This document shows, one piece after another, positions 21,001 to 30,183 of a stretch of DNA of 64,000 nt. The stretch covers positions 64,001 through 128,000 of the forward strand of contig CAVSQB010000018.1 of NCBI GenBank assembly GCA_963729895.1. The letters are read 5' to 3'. Position 1 is the stretch's first letter, and every line of letters begins with the position of its first letter. The translations under genes were made by a program, and so were the position numbers. This DNA comes from an uncultured Fibrobacterota bacterium. GTDB lineage: Bacteria; Fibrobacterota; Chitinivibrionia; Chitinivibrionales; FEN-1185. The notes beneath the pieces were generated by a model. It had not been told where the DNA came from. It made no database searches and saw only the letters and a program-made list of their open reading frames with translations.

Positions 21001-22089
21001 TCACTGGGCAGTACCGGCCTTCTTCTTTGCTTCTTTTCTGAGGTCCAGGCTCTGGGTGGTGTCTTTGCTGATATTGTCGATATCGGAGCCGACGTCCACG
21101 GGTTGGGCGTCAAGGTGTTTTGCTTCCCCGCCGCCCCCCTTGTGCAGCTCGCTCTTCAGCTGCTGCATCTGCGCCTCGTTCTGTTCCGAAGCCTTTTCGC
21201 GGTTTGCTTTGGCGTCGGACTTGCCGGTTGAAACGGCTTCGCCGTTCTCAAGTTTGTCAATTCGCCGTTGCACTTCTTCTTTCTTCATCGCCTCGTTCAG
21301 ATAAATGAGATATTTCTTATAGGTGGCGATAGCATCCTCTTTCTTTCCCATTTCCTCCTGCAGCAGCCCGAGGTTATCGTAGAACACCTGGGAATTTTCA
21401 TCGAGTTTGACCGAGATTTGGTATTCTTTGAGCGCCTCCGCCTTATTGTTTTCTTTTTTCCACAGGATGTTGCCGAGCTGCCAGTGTGCGTCCGCGTTGT
21501 TGGGATCTGCCGCGATGGCCTCCTGGCAGTATTTCTTCGCCCCCGCGACATTGCCCTTCTCGGTAAGGCAACGGGCAACCCCGCTGTACGCTTCGCCCCG
21601 TTTTCCATCGGTCCGGATGGCGGCTTCGTAATGGGCAATGGCCTTGTCATAGGCGCCTGCGTTCTCGTACATCGCAGCCAGGTTCATGCGTGCATCAACA
21701 TTGCTCGGGTTGAGTTCAACGGAACGGGCAATGGCGTCCGCGGCCTTTCCCGACTTGCCGAGTTTCTCGTATGCAAAGCCTATATTCGCCCAGCAGTCGG
21801 CGTTCCGGGGATCGAGCGAAATCGCCCTGTTGTATTCCGCAACGGCTTTATCGTACCGCTCGGCCTGAAGATAGGCGAATGCGAGATTGGCCTGGGCCTC
21901 AAAGTTCCTCGGCTCCTTGGCGACCACCTGCCGGAACACGGAAATGGCTTCCGTGTACGCGCCGTTTTTCAGCAGATTGTCGCCCGATGCCATGAGTTCC
22001 TCAACGGAATTCTGACTTCTTGCCGGCATCACAAGCACAAACGCAGCGGCAAGAACCGACATGATGCACATGAGCTTGGTCGTTTTCAT
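21001..22089 (-). CDS. Secreted tetratricopeptide-repeat protein
   Basis: Signal peptide followed by tandem TPR helical repeats. Confidence 0.85.
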   Translation of the reverse strand: MKTTKLMCIMSVLAAAFVLVMPARSQNSVEELMASGDNLLKNGAYTEAISVFRQVVAKEPRNFEAQANLAFAYLQAERYDKAVAEYNRAISLDPRNADCWANIGFAYEKLGKSGKAADAIARSVELNPSNVDARMNLAAMYENAGAYDKAIAHYEAAIRTDGKRGEAYSGVARCLTEKGNVAGAKKYCQEAIAADPNNADAHWQLGNILWKKENNKAEALKEYQISVKLDENSQVFYDNLGLLQEEMGKKEDAIATYKKYLIYLNEAMKKEEVQRRIDKLENGEAVSTGKSDAKANREKASEQNEAQMQQLKSELHKGGGGEAKHLDAQPVDVGSDIDNISKDTTQSLDLRKEAKKKAGTAQ

Positions 22090-22310
22090 ATCGAATCCCC
22101 TCTTCTAGGATATGGATATTCCGATCCGCTAGTTCCATGTAAGGAGGTAACACGTAAAATAGCAATGAAAGGGACCGCCATCAAGAGTTATCTTGAGCAA
22201 CATGATTTTTGGACGCTCGAAACGTCGACGGGGTTTTCAATCAACTATATTAGAAAACTTGCGCTTGTCCAAAACATGACGGGGGATACATGGGCGGCAA
22301 AAACCAGCAG

Positions 22311-23747
22311 ATGCGAACCGACGTCTACAGCAATCCTTTGCTCGAACGCTATGCCAGCAAGGAAATGTCCTTTATCTTCTCGCCGGATTTCAAATTCGGC
22401 ACGTGGAGAAAACTGTGGATTGCGCTTGCTGAATGCGAAAAAGACCTTGGTCTTCCCATCACGGCCGAACAGATTGCCGAAATGAAGGACCACGCGCACG
22501 ATGTCGATTATGATGCGGCCGCCGCCTACGAGGCAAAGACCCGCCACGACGTCATGGCGCATATTCTCGCGTTCGGCGACCGTTGCCCGGCCGCAAAGCC
22601 CATCATTCACCTGGGCGCGACGAGCGCGTTTGTGGGCGATAACACCGACCTGATCCAGCTCAAGACGGCCGGGACCATGCTCCTTGCCCGGCTCTCGGCG
22701 GTGATCGCGGCGCTCAAGGATTTCGCGCTTGCAAACAGGAACCTGGCAACAATCGGGTTCACTCATTTCCAGCCCGCCCAGCTCACCACCGTCGGCAAAC
22801 GCGCGAGCCTGTGGCTGTACGAACTCACCCTCGACTTTGCGGCCCTCGAACAGTTCTGCACGTTTTTGCCCTTCCTTGGAGTCAAGGGCGCCACCGGGAC
22901 GCAGGCGAGTTACATGAGCCTGTTTTCGGGGGACGAGGGCAAAGTGAAGAAGCTTGACACAATGGTTGCCGGGAAGATGGGATTTGATACGGTTGTCCCC
23001 GTGTCGGGCCAAACCTATTCGCGCAAGATCGATGCTCAAGCCCTGGCGATCCTGTCCGGCATTGCCCAGACGTTCCACAAAATCTCAAACGACATTCGGT
23101 TGTTGGCGCACCTGGGCGAGATCGAGGAGCCGTTCGAAAGCGGCCAGGTTGGATCGTCGGCAATGGCCTACAAGCGCAATCCCATGCGCTGCGAACGCAT
23201 GACCTCGCTTGCACGGTATATTATTTCTTTGTCGTCATCGCCGGCAAATACGGCAGCGGAACAGTGGTTCGAGCGGACACTCGACGATTCCGCAAACAAG
23301 CGTTTGTCGATTCCGGAGGCGTTTCTTGCGGCCGACGCCATCCTCATCATCGGCCTCAATGTGCTCTCCGGCCTGATTGTATACCCGCGTGTTATCGCGA
23401 AGCACGTGGCTGAAGAGCTTCCCTTTATGGCGACCGAAAGCATTCTCATGGAAGCCGTGAAGAAGGGCGGGGACAGGCAGTCTTTGCACGAACGCATCCG
23501 GAGCTATTCCATGGAAGCCCACAAGGGAGTCAAAACCGAAGGAAAGCAGAACGATCTTCTTGAGCGCATTCTTGCCGATCCGGCGTTCAAATTGACGAAG
23601 CAGGATCTGGACAGGATCCTTGACGTCACCGCATTCGTGGGGCGGGCGCCGCAGCAGGTTGATGAGTTTGCAAAGGACGTTGTTAACCCGCTTCTGGAGC
23701 GGAGCAGGCGATACGGCTCGATCGAGAAGAAAGAGTTGACGGTGTAG
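22311..23747 (+). CDS. purB: Adenylosuccinate lyase
   Basis: RHDVMAH, IHLGATS, GFTHFQPAQ, signature GSSAMAYKRNP. Confidence 0.95.
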   Translation: MRTDVYSNPLLERYASKEMSFIFSPDFKFGTWRKLWIALAECEKDLGLPITAEQIAEMKDHAHDVDYDAAAAYEAKTRHDVMAHILAFGDRCPAAKPIIHLGATSAFVGDNTDLIQLKTAGTMLLARLSAVIAALKDFALANRNLATIGFTHFQPAQLTTVGKRASLWLYELTLDFAALEQFCTFLPFLGVKGATGTQASYMSLFSGDEGKVKKLDTMVAGKMGFDTVVPVSGQTYSRKIDAQALAILSGIAQTFHKISNDIRLLAHLGEIEEPFESGQVGSSAMAYKRNPMRCERMTSLARYIISLSSSPANTAAEQWFERTLDDSANKRLSIPEAFLAADAILIIGLNVLSGLIVYPRVIAKHVAEELPFMATESILMEAVKKGGDRQSLHERIRSYSMEAHKGVKTEGKQNDLLERILADPAFKLTKQDLDRILDVTAFVGRAPQQVDEFAKDVVNPLLERSRRYGSIEKKELTV

Positions 23748-23797
23748 AGGAGGATGATGACCCGGAACTTTGTTGCAGCGAACGGAGCGAGATCATT

Positions 23798-24625
23798 GTG
23801 ATCGCCGACTATCACGTCCATACTGCTTACTGCGGGCACGCCCGGGGAAAGACCGTCGATTACATCGAAACAGCCATCGGCTTGGGCCTGTCGGAGATCG
23901 CCTTTACCGATCATCTTGGACGGTATTATCTTGCCCGAAACCAGCGCAAACGTTACTGGGACTGGGGCATGCGGGAGCGCAACGTTGCCCGCTATTTTTC
24001 GGAGGTACTTGACTTAAAGGAGGTTTACGAAGGCAGAATCTTGATCCGAGTCGGGCTGGAAATGGATTACGTGGAAGGCGCCGAGGACCTCGCCGAAGCT
24101 ATCGTCTCGCGCTACCCGTTCGATTTCTTGCTGGGATCCATTCACTGCCTGCCCGTACTCGGGTGGCGCCATATTTCCCAATACGTGAAAGCGGACCCGC
24201 GGCAGGTGTACCACGCCTATTTCGACGCCGTAGAGTCCGGGGTTCGTTCGAACCTGTTCCAGTCGCTCGCACACCTCGATTTTATCTGGCGGTATGTATC
24301 GTGGCCCGATGCGCCGCAGTCGCTCATGCGCGAATACATCTCGGGCGCGGCCCTGCTGGCTGCCAAGAACGATGTATGCATCGAAGTGAACGCGAACGGG
24401 TTCTTGTGGTCGCAGATGGATGACCTGAAGAACTACGATCTTTTCGACATGTTGCTTGATTCCCTCAAGAAGCACAATGCCGCCATTACCATCGGTTCCG
24501 ACGCACACGCGCCGGACTTGGTGGGCAAGGCGTTCCCACAGATCGTCGCCCTGCTCAAGAGTAAGGGGATCAATTCGTTTTCGCAGTTCGATCAGAAACA
24601 GCGGAAACAGGTGGCGCTGGGTTGA
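23798..24625 (+). CDS. HisJ-family histidinol-phosphatase (PHP domain)
   Basis: DYHVHT..CGHA, FTDH, GSIH, AHLD, IGSDAH. Confidence 0.85.
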   Translation: MIADYHVHTAYCGHARGKTVDYIETAIGLGLSEIAFTDHLGRYYLARNQRKRYWDWGMRERNVARYFSEVLDLKEVYEGRILIRVGLEMDYVEGAEDLAEAIVSRYPFDFLLGSIHCLPVLGWRHISQYVKADPRQVYHAYFDAVESGVRSNLFQSLAHLDFIWRYVSWPDAPQSLMREYISGAALLAAKNDVCIEVNANGFLWSQMDDLKNYDLFDMLLDSLKKHNAAITIGSDAHAPDLVGKAFPQIVALLKSKGINSFSQFDQKQRKQVALG

Positions 24626-24673
24626 AAGCTCCCGAAACCGGCAAGACTTTGTGGCTCCAAGCGATGGGAAAAC

Positions 24674-24699
24674 TATAATTTGTGCGGTAGTTCTAAAAT
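24674..24699 (+). repeat. Left terminal inverted repeat of the Mu-like element
   Basis: TATAATTTGTGCGGTAGTTCTAAAAT; 18/26 identical to the reverse complement of 35570-35595. Confidence 0.8.
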
Positions 24700-24770
24700 G
24701 AGTGAATTTGTTGTGGTGGTGAATTATATCAATGACTTGTGGTGTTTTGGGCTGTGGTTTCAAACCGAAA

Positions 24771-24844
24771 GGAATTACCGGTTTTTGACCGTATTTTCGT
24801 GATGGTTTGAACGGTTTTAGGCAGGAAATTACCGCGTTTTGACC
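24771..24844 (+). repeat. Subterminal direct repeats (candidate transposase-binding sites)
   Basis: GGAATTACCGGTTTTTGACC (24771-24790) vs GAAATTACCGCGTTTTGACC (24825-24844), 17/20. Confidence 0.55.
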
Positions 24845-24938
24845 ATGCTTCAACGTCCAATTAAAGCGGCATTGAAAGCTTTATAATATAGAAGAGGACA
24901 TGGAGGCACGCGGGCGATCCGCGTGAGCTGGACTGTGG

Positions 24939-25601
24939 CTATCTGTTTGAACGTGTCACCGCTTTTTCGACAGTGGACCTCGGAACAAACCAAACAATCC
25001 TGACATACTTCTTTGAAATAAAATCCTTAAAAGCCCCTTTTAATTTTCCTCTTTGACAAAGGTATCTCACGTGATCCCTACTGATTCTTAGAGCCAGCGC
25101 CGTCTCATAGACTGACAAAAAAGGAGACTGATTTCCAAGTGAAAAAGCGTTGTGGTAATTACGGGCAAGGGAGAGAATATTGCCGTTTGATTTGCGCCAT
25201 AAAATACGATGATGAAGGACTGTCCCATAGGCAAGTCCGCTGATTTTACAAAAATCTTCCAACTCACGGCATGAGAGATCGCGAGTACGAAGCAATATTG
25301 GAACCCAACGGTCCACGTCCTCTTGTTGGGACGGATTTAGTGTTTTGTAAATTCGATCATTATTGAATTTTATCAAATCATCTTCACGGAAAGACTGATT
25401 TCCCGACGCTTGAAAATACTCCTCAAGACCAGGAATAAAGAAACCCGTCGCACGTATCCGGCATTTGCCGCGCTTTCCTGGAACGCGCTCCACAGGAAGA
25501 AACCCGCGACGCATCAAATCAGCCACAGTCTCCCGCTTAAGAAGGGTGAGCGCCGAGAACAAAGCTGGAGACACCCATAACTTGTTCTTTTCTTCTTCCA
25601 T
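24939..25601 (-). CDS. DNA-binding protein resembling the N-terminal domains of the element's transposase, plus a C-terminal excisionase-like HTH; no DDE core
   Basis: Aligns by eye to the transposase N-terminus (WVSPALFSAL vs YVSALQASAL; EDVDRWVPIL vs KPVDKYLPVL); C-terminal FLSVYETALALRISRDHVRYLCQRGKL. Confidence 0.6.
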   Translation of the reverse strand: MEEEKNKLWVSPALFSALTLLKRETVADLMRRGFLPVERVPGKRGKCRIRATGFFIPGLEEYFQASGNQSFREDDLIKFNNDRIYKTLNPSQQEDVDRWVPILLRTRDLSCRELEDFCKISGLAYGTVLHHRILWRKSNGNILSLARNYHNAFSLGNQSPFLSVYETALALRISRDHVRYLCQRGKLKGAFKDFISKKYVRIVWFVPRSTVEKAVTRSNR

Positions 25602-25755
25602 ACCAGACACCTTTCTGCGTTCACGGTACCGGAGCGGCTGCCGTGAACAAACCTTCTTATCGTTTTTGCTGCTTGTGAAGAACATTTCCTCTCGAATTGA
25701 AGCAGCGCCGGGAAGGCCCGGCGCTGTAGAAAACAGTGTCCAGTTGCGCGCGAAA

Positions 25756-26436
25756 CTACTGCGCGCCTGCCGGCACCTTTGACCCAAACGGGTGAAGCCA
25801 TCTCTCTGTCGCGTATTGAAACTTCTCCGCACTCCAAAAATACAACTCCTCGTTTTCTTTGTGCCCAGAGCACGTTTCGTCGCGGTAGATTCCTCCCTGC
25901 ACAAACCTTGGAATCATTTGCAACGCGCCAGTCTCCGCAACGCATTCTGCAAACGAATATGGCCGCGACATCCCCATTGAAATACGCTTCTTAATCAACC
26001 GTTCCACGATCCCCCCGAGAATCGCGGCCTGCTCGTTGTATTCATCCATGATAGCAAACATCTGCAAGGTCGCCAGCTCGTCGTTTTTCTCCTTGACGTA
26101 GGGAGCGACCTTTTCCATCTCCTCTGTCTTTTCAATCAGGAGAGCGTTCATTCCCGCCGCCTTATCTCCGGCCGCGTCAAGTTCGCGCTGGAGCTTCTCA
26201 ACCTGTTTCTCGACTGTAGCGGTGTTTTCCCCGAGGGCCGTGAGGCGCTGGCGCTCGCGCTTTGAACTTTCAAGAGCCGTTGTCAACTCGGAAACCTTTG
26301 CCTCGACGCCGGGCAGCTCATTTTTCAGCCTGCCAATTTCCTGCGCAAGCTTCTGCGCTTTGCTCTCTGCGGCCTTGACCTCCTCGGCGAACTTGGCGGC
26401 CGAGGCCATTGTGTCCCCGAACTTTAATTCTTTCAT
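25756..26436 (-). CDS. Coiled-coil protein (226 aa), unknown function
   Basis: Long heptad-rich helical N-terminal two-thirds; AGGAAG RBS upstream. Confidence 0.65.
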   Translation of the reverse strand: MKELKFGDTMASAAKFAEEVKAAESKAQKLAQEIGRLKNELPGVEAKVSELTTALESSKRERQRLTALGENTATVEKQVEKLQRELDAAGDKAAGMNALLIEKTEEMEKVAPYVKEKNDELATLQMFAIMDEYNEQAAILGGIVERLIKKRISMGMSRPYSFAECVAETGALQMIPRFVQGGIYRDETCSGHKENEELYFWSAEKFQYATERWLHPFGSKVPAGAQ

Positions 26437-26488
26437 AGACAGCTTCCTTTCCTTTGTGGAATGTTTTAAAGCCTTCCATTCGGCGTTA

Positions 26489-26857
26489 TTATGACACCTC
26501 AGTCACAGACGGAATACCTGAGAGTAGTCTCTCCAGCGCAGCCTTTTCGGCGTCGTTCGCGGGGGAGTAAAAGGGGCCTTCCGAGAACTTGATTCCCGCC
26601 GCACGTCGATTTCCTTCAACCAGGGCGTCCCCGGTTTTTTTGTCCCCCGTCGACCTGACAAGGGCTCTCATTTTCTCAATGTCCCATTCTCCCGCGTCGT
26701 TAAGTTTTTTGATTCCTGCGAGGAGGGCCGGACCGTTGTTGTATAGATGTAATACCTCGAAGAGGAGCTTTTGGAACTGGTCACTATCAACTTGGGTCCA
26801 TGACGGCCCTTTAACGACTTCCTTGCTCTTTTGTGCGTTTCTGCGCTCATTGTTCAT
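26489..26857 (-). CDS. Hypothetical protein
   Basis: 122-aa ORF coupled to the upstream Mor-like gene (ATGA overlap). Confidence 0.55.
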   Translation of the reverse strand: MNNERRNAQKSKEVVKGPSWTQVDSDQFQKLLFEVLHLYNNGPALLAGIKKLNDAGEWDIEKMRALVRSTGDKKTGDALVEGNRRAAGIKFSEGPFYSPANDAEKAALERLLSGIPSVTEVS

Positions 26858-27213
26858 TGGTGCTTTTCTCCATCTTTAAAAGGTGTTTGACGAGGCGGTA
26901 CCGCGCCTTTATTCTTGCGCCGCGCGTCCTCATGCTCCACGATTTCATAGACATGACGTAGCGAAACATTACAGGCGCGGGCAAGGGCTTTCGCGTTTGA
27001 ACCGTTAAACCTGTCAACGATAAACCTCTCTGCGACCTTGTACGTTGCTCGCTTCGGGACAATTATGTTCATGCCCGCGCATTGTTTCACAAGAGCAACG
27101 GCGACATCGTTTCCGCATGAAGCCGAAACGTCCGCAAGATCGTTGTTCGGCATTTCGGCGGCCGTCATTCCGGCGACCGCCGTCTCGAATTCCGCTTTCA
27201 GGTTGTCGCTCAC
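26854..27213 (-). CDS. Mor/C-family transcription activator
   Basis: ALVKQCAGMNIIVPK...IVDRFNGSNAKALARACNVSLRHVYEIV matches the Mor pattern (G.IYIP...FNG.N...LA..Y.LS...IY.I); GTG start after AGGGG. Confidence 0.8.
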   Translation of the reverse strand: MSDNLKAEFETAVAGMTAAEMPNNDLADVSASCGNDVAVALVKQCAGMNIIVPKRATYKVAERFIVDRFNGSNAKALARACNVSLRHVYEIVEHEDARRKNKGAVPPRQTPFKDGEKHQ

Positions 27214-27271
27214 GTCCCCTTTTCCCTTTCGTTGAGCAAAAGCCCTCAAAGTGGAGGGCCTGTTTTCGTCA

Positions 27272-28384
27272 TCAAACCTCTGTAACCGTAATGTCGCTTT
27301 CATCCGCCCAAAAATGCCGGTAAGTCGGCGGATTCCCCGCAGGATCGCAGGTGACAATTCCTACCGGAGAGGTGCAATCGCCACCAAGGAGCCCGTTGTT
27401 AAATGAAATTTGTGCGAACTGCGTCGGGTCCAGCACAACGCCAATTCCAAGACTCTGGATGTAGGCGCAGACGGCGGCCGAGAAGGCGTCCTCTGTTGCC
27501 TGTAGTGTCCCGGCGGGAACGGTAAGCGATATGGGTTCAATCAACTTTGCCGCTGCGCTGACCGAAAGATCGTACCCCATTATTTGACAAAGGCTCTCCG
27601 CGTCGGAAGAGACCGCAGCAATGAGCGCCGCGCTCGGTTCGTTTTCCATCCAGCTGCAAGGGCTGTCCGAAGTGATGGCAACGTCTATCGTTCCCAGGCC
27701 ACGCGGATTGGCGGCGCAGAAGACAAGGTTCACGCGCTCAACATAGGAGGTCGGATTCCATTCGCGCCACGTTACGTTATTGTCAACCACTAAACTGCCG
27801 GGTTCAACCGTCCACGCCGGGGCAAGGGCGCCCGAAGTTCCTCCTACGGTGCAAATATATAAATGCCCGTTGGAAGTGGAAGGGGACATTGACGGAGAGG
27901 CGTAAATTGGAACCGGAACGTTGCACAGGAGGGCTGCTGAATTCCGCGTATAGCCATTGCTGTAGCCAATGATTGCCTTGTTACCGCCTGGGATAAGGGG
28001 CATGCAGACTTGTCCCGCGACGTAAACGGTCTGCGGCTGCCATGCTTGCCAATTCGAAACGCTCACCGCATTTGCCCATCTCTTGAAGTCCTGTGTGATA
28101 TCGCGCGGTCTTCGAAGAATGGATAGAAAACGGTTGAAGAAGTCGCTTGCAGATTCTCCTGGTGCAGGAGCGATTCCGAATCGTGCAGCGTAGCTGGCGA
28201 GCCCTTGTCCTGCGCTTCCAATGTCCGACACGTATTGTTGCATGTTGTAAAGCCCGAAAAGGGCCAATTCCTGACTTGCAATGGCTTGGTATCGAGGCGA
28301 TCCCGGCGCAACACTGATGCTCGGATGCACACTCGAATAGTCCGCGCAAGCGCTCGCGACCAGTGCGTTGAGGGTCAAAGCCAT
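27272..28384 (-). CDS. Baseplate J/gp47-like protein with an internal Trp-rich insertion
   Basis: PGESASDFFNRFLSILRRP...DFKRWA and PRGLGTIDVAI are typical baseplate J segments; GAAGGAG RBS. Confidence 0.75.
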   Translation of the reverse strand: MALTLNALVASACADYSSVHPSISVAPGSPRYQAIASQELALFGLYNMQQYVSDIGSAGQGLASYAARFGIAPAPGESASDFFNRFLSILRRPRDITQDFKRWANAVSVSNWQAWQPQTVYVAGQVCMPLIPGGNKAIIGYSNGYTRNSAALLCNVPVPIYASPSMSPSTSNGHLYICTVGGTSGALAPAWTVEPGSLVVDNNVTWREWNPTSYVERVNLVFCAANPRGLGTIDVAITSDSPCSWMENEPSAALIAAVSSDAESLCQIMGYDLSVSAAAKLIEPISLTVPAGTLQATEDAFSAAVCAYIQSLGIGVVLDPTQFAQISFNNGLLGGDCTSPVGIVTCDPAGNPPTYRHFWADESDITVTEV

Positions 28385-28451
28385 GTTCTCTCCTTCGTCC
28401 AGTCTTAGGCTCGTCTGTCTACGGTCATTGCACGAAGCTCCCGCGCCCGCG

Positions 28452-28586
28452 TCACCACTGTTCGAGAAGCGCCTCGGCCGCGAAGTCCTTTTTTGCCTCG
28501 ACAAGCACGGCCACCGAGTGACAAATCACCGCCTCCAGGATCGCGCAGTCCGGCCCAAATGGGTTTTTCTTGATTTCAGGGTCCAT
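28452..28586 (-). CDS. Small ORF (44 aa, MDPEIKKNPF...LLEQW)
   Basis: Strong AGGAGG RBS upstream; sits between the two baseplate genes; below the ORF-track cutoff. Confidence 0.4.
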   Translation of the reverse strand: MDPEIKKNPFGPDCAILEAVICHSVAVLVEAKKDFAAEALLEQW

Positions 28587-28598
28587 TCTATTTTCCTC

Positions 28599-29222
28599 CT
28601 ATGCGTTTACAAACAGCCAATCGCATTTTGGCGAGCCCTGGTCGGAAAAAGCCGCCTGCAGGTTCGCGTCGGACTCGACGCCGGTGCCGGTCACGCGCAC
28701 CGTGAACATTGAGGTGCCGGGATCGTTGAAATACACGGGGTCGCCCACCTTGCCGACTCCCACCCGGAACGGCCGGAAGAGGCCGTCCTCAATCAAAATC
28801 CACTTCGGCTGCGTATTGTCCGTCGAGTACCCGAGGGCCTGCGCAATTGAATAGAATTGCGCTCTGCAAAGCCTGGTGCCTGTGGCTTGCACGGTCTTCA
28901 CGCCGCCGCTGTCGCTTGCAGGGATTGTCGGCGTGAGGCCCGCGCGAATCTTCGCAACAACAACGCCCGCGCGCTGTTGATCGGTCATGCCCGGGTCTGG
29001 CGTGATTCCGTAGACGCGTTCCCAATCCGCAAGCGACCCGAGAACGGGATCAGAGGTCGCCGTGTCGGGAAACAACTCCTTGTGAAGACGCGTAGCTTGA
29101 TCCTCCGCGCGATCCAGCGCGAGGCCCTCGATGTCGAGGTCCGCGTCGAGGTCGCCGCCGAGAGGAAGCGGAAAGAGCTGCTTCAAAACGCCGTAGTGTC
29201 TGCTCTGCGGAACGTACCCCAT
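28599..29222 (-). CDS. Mu gp48/YmfQ (DUF2313)-like baseplate protein
   Basis: LKQLFP, ELFPDTA, LADWERVYGI, QR..VVAKIRA, FYSIAQALGY. Confidence 0.8.
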   Translation of the reverse strand: MGYVPQSRHYGVLKQLFPLPLGGDLDADLDIEGLALDRAEDQATRLHKELFPDTATSDPVLGSLADWERVYGITPDPGMTDQQRAGVVVAKIRAGLTPTIPASDSGGVKTVQATGTRLCRAQFYSIAQALGYSTDNTQPKWILIEDGLFRPFRVGVGKVGDPVYFNDPGTSMFTVRVTGTGVESDANLQAAFSDQGSPKCDWLFVNA

Positions 29223-29573
29223 TGCTTGCCTTTCGTTACCGGCCCGCAGGCCGGTTGATTTCATCCAAACAGGTGCCCAAAACGGCCCCTTTTTCGCTAC
29301 TTTCTTTCAAAACCCGGCTTTTGCCGGTCACCCGACCCTTCCAGCTCGTTCAAACCCCGTTTAATCGTGTTCAATTTCAACGATCTCAATTTTTGCGCCC
29401 CTTTGCTCGCCGGAGGTCGAGATCGTCGATTCTAAGGCCGTTTATCGCGTTCCAGCGCCGGTCGATTTTGAAGGAATCGGCCGCTGTCCGGATTCGCGGA
29501 CCTATTTTTCTCAAAAAGGGCTGACTTTTAAACATTATTGAAGATTCCTTAAATCGAGCGTTATACCGACCGT

Positions 29574-29828
29574 TCAATCGAGATTGCCGGACGCGGTCCT
29601 CGTCAAACTTACCCTTGCGCCGTCCATCTTTGGCTTTAACGCCTTGTCCACCGAAAGCAAGAAGCGCTGCCACTGATAATGGAGACCATTTCCGACCGTA
29701 TGGTCATGGTCGTTACACAGGTCCACTGCACTATCTATGCATGCGTCCATAATGTAGAAATCCTCAAGGAGTTCGTCTATATCGGAAATCGTGTTCGGGT
29801 CTCTGTGCGCTGTTTTTCCTTTACTCAT
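29574..29828 (-). CDS. Hypothetical protein
   Basis: ORF with GAGGGG RBS, co-oriented with the element operon. Confidence 0.5.
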   Translation of the reverse strand: MSKGKTAHRDPNTISDIDELLEDFYIMDACIDSAVDLCNDHDHTVGNGLHYQWQRFLLSVDKALKPKMDGARVSLTRTASGNLD

Positions 29829-29888
29829 GATATTCCCCCTCTGAAAAGGTGACTCGATAACAGTGCTTCCGCCGCCGTGAGACAATTC

Positions 29889-30161
29889 CTACACTCCCAC
29901 GCAAAACAGGCTTATCCCCGGATCAGCGTCGAGCGCGGCCGAGGCCACCTTGTGAAGCGTCGAACCGTTGCCATAGAAGACCGCCGAGTCCGTTGCCCCA
30001 AAGACCTGGTGCGTATTGCCGCGTGCCACTTCGCCGCCTTCTCCCATCTGCGCCGCCACAATCACGGAGCGCTCGTTAAGCGCTCCCGAGTCGTACGCGT
30101 CCCGCACGGCCGCGGCCAGGGCGTCGAGGATAACCTGATTTCCCGTCTTCGGTTTCGACAT
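29889..30161 (-). CDS. Hypothetical protein
   Basis: ORF with GGAGGGG RBS directly downstream of the structured non-coding segment. Confidence 0.55.
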   Translation of the reverse strand: MSKPKTGNQVILDALAAAVRDAYDSGALNERSVIVAAQMGEGGEVARGNTHQVFGATDSAVFYGNGSTLHKVASAALDADPGISLFCVGV

Positions 30162-30183
30162 TTCCCCCTCCAATTTGTTAAGG

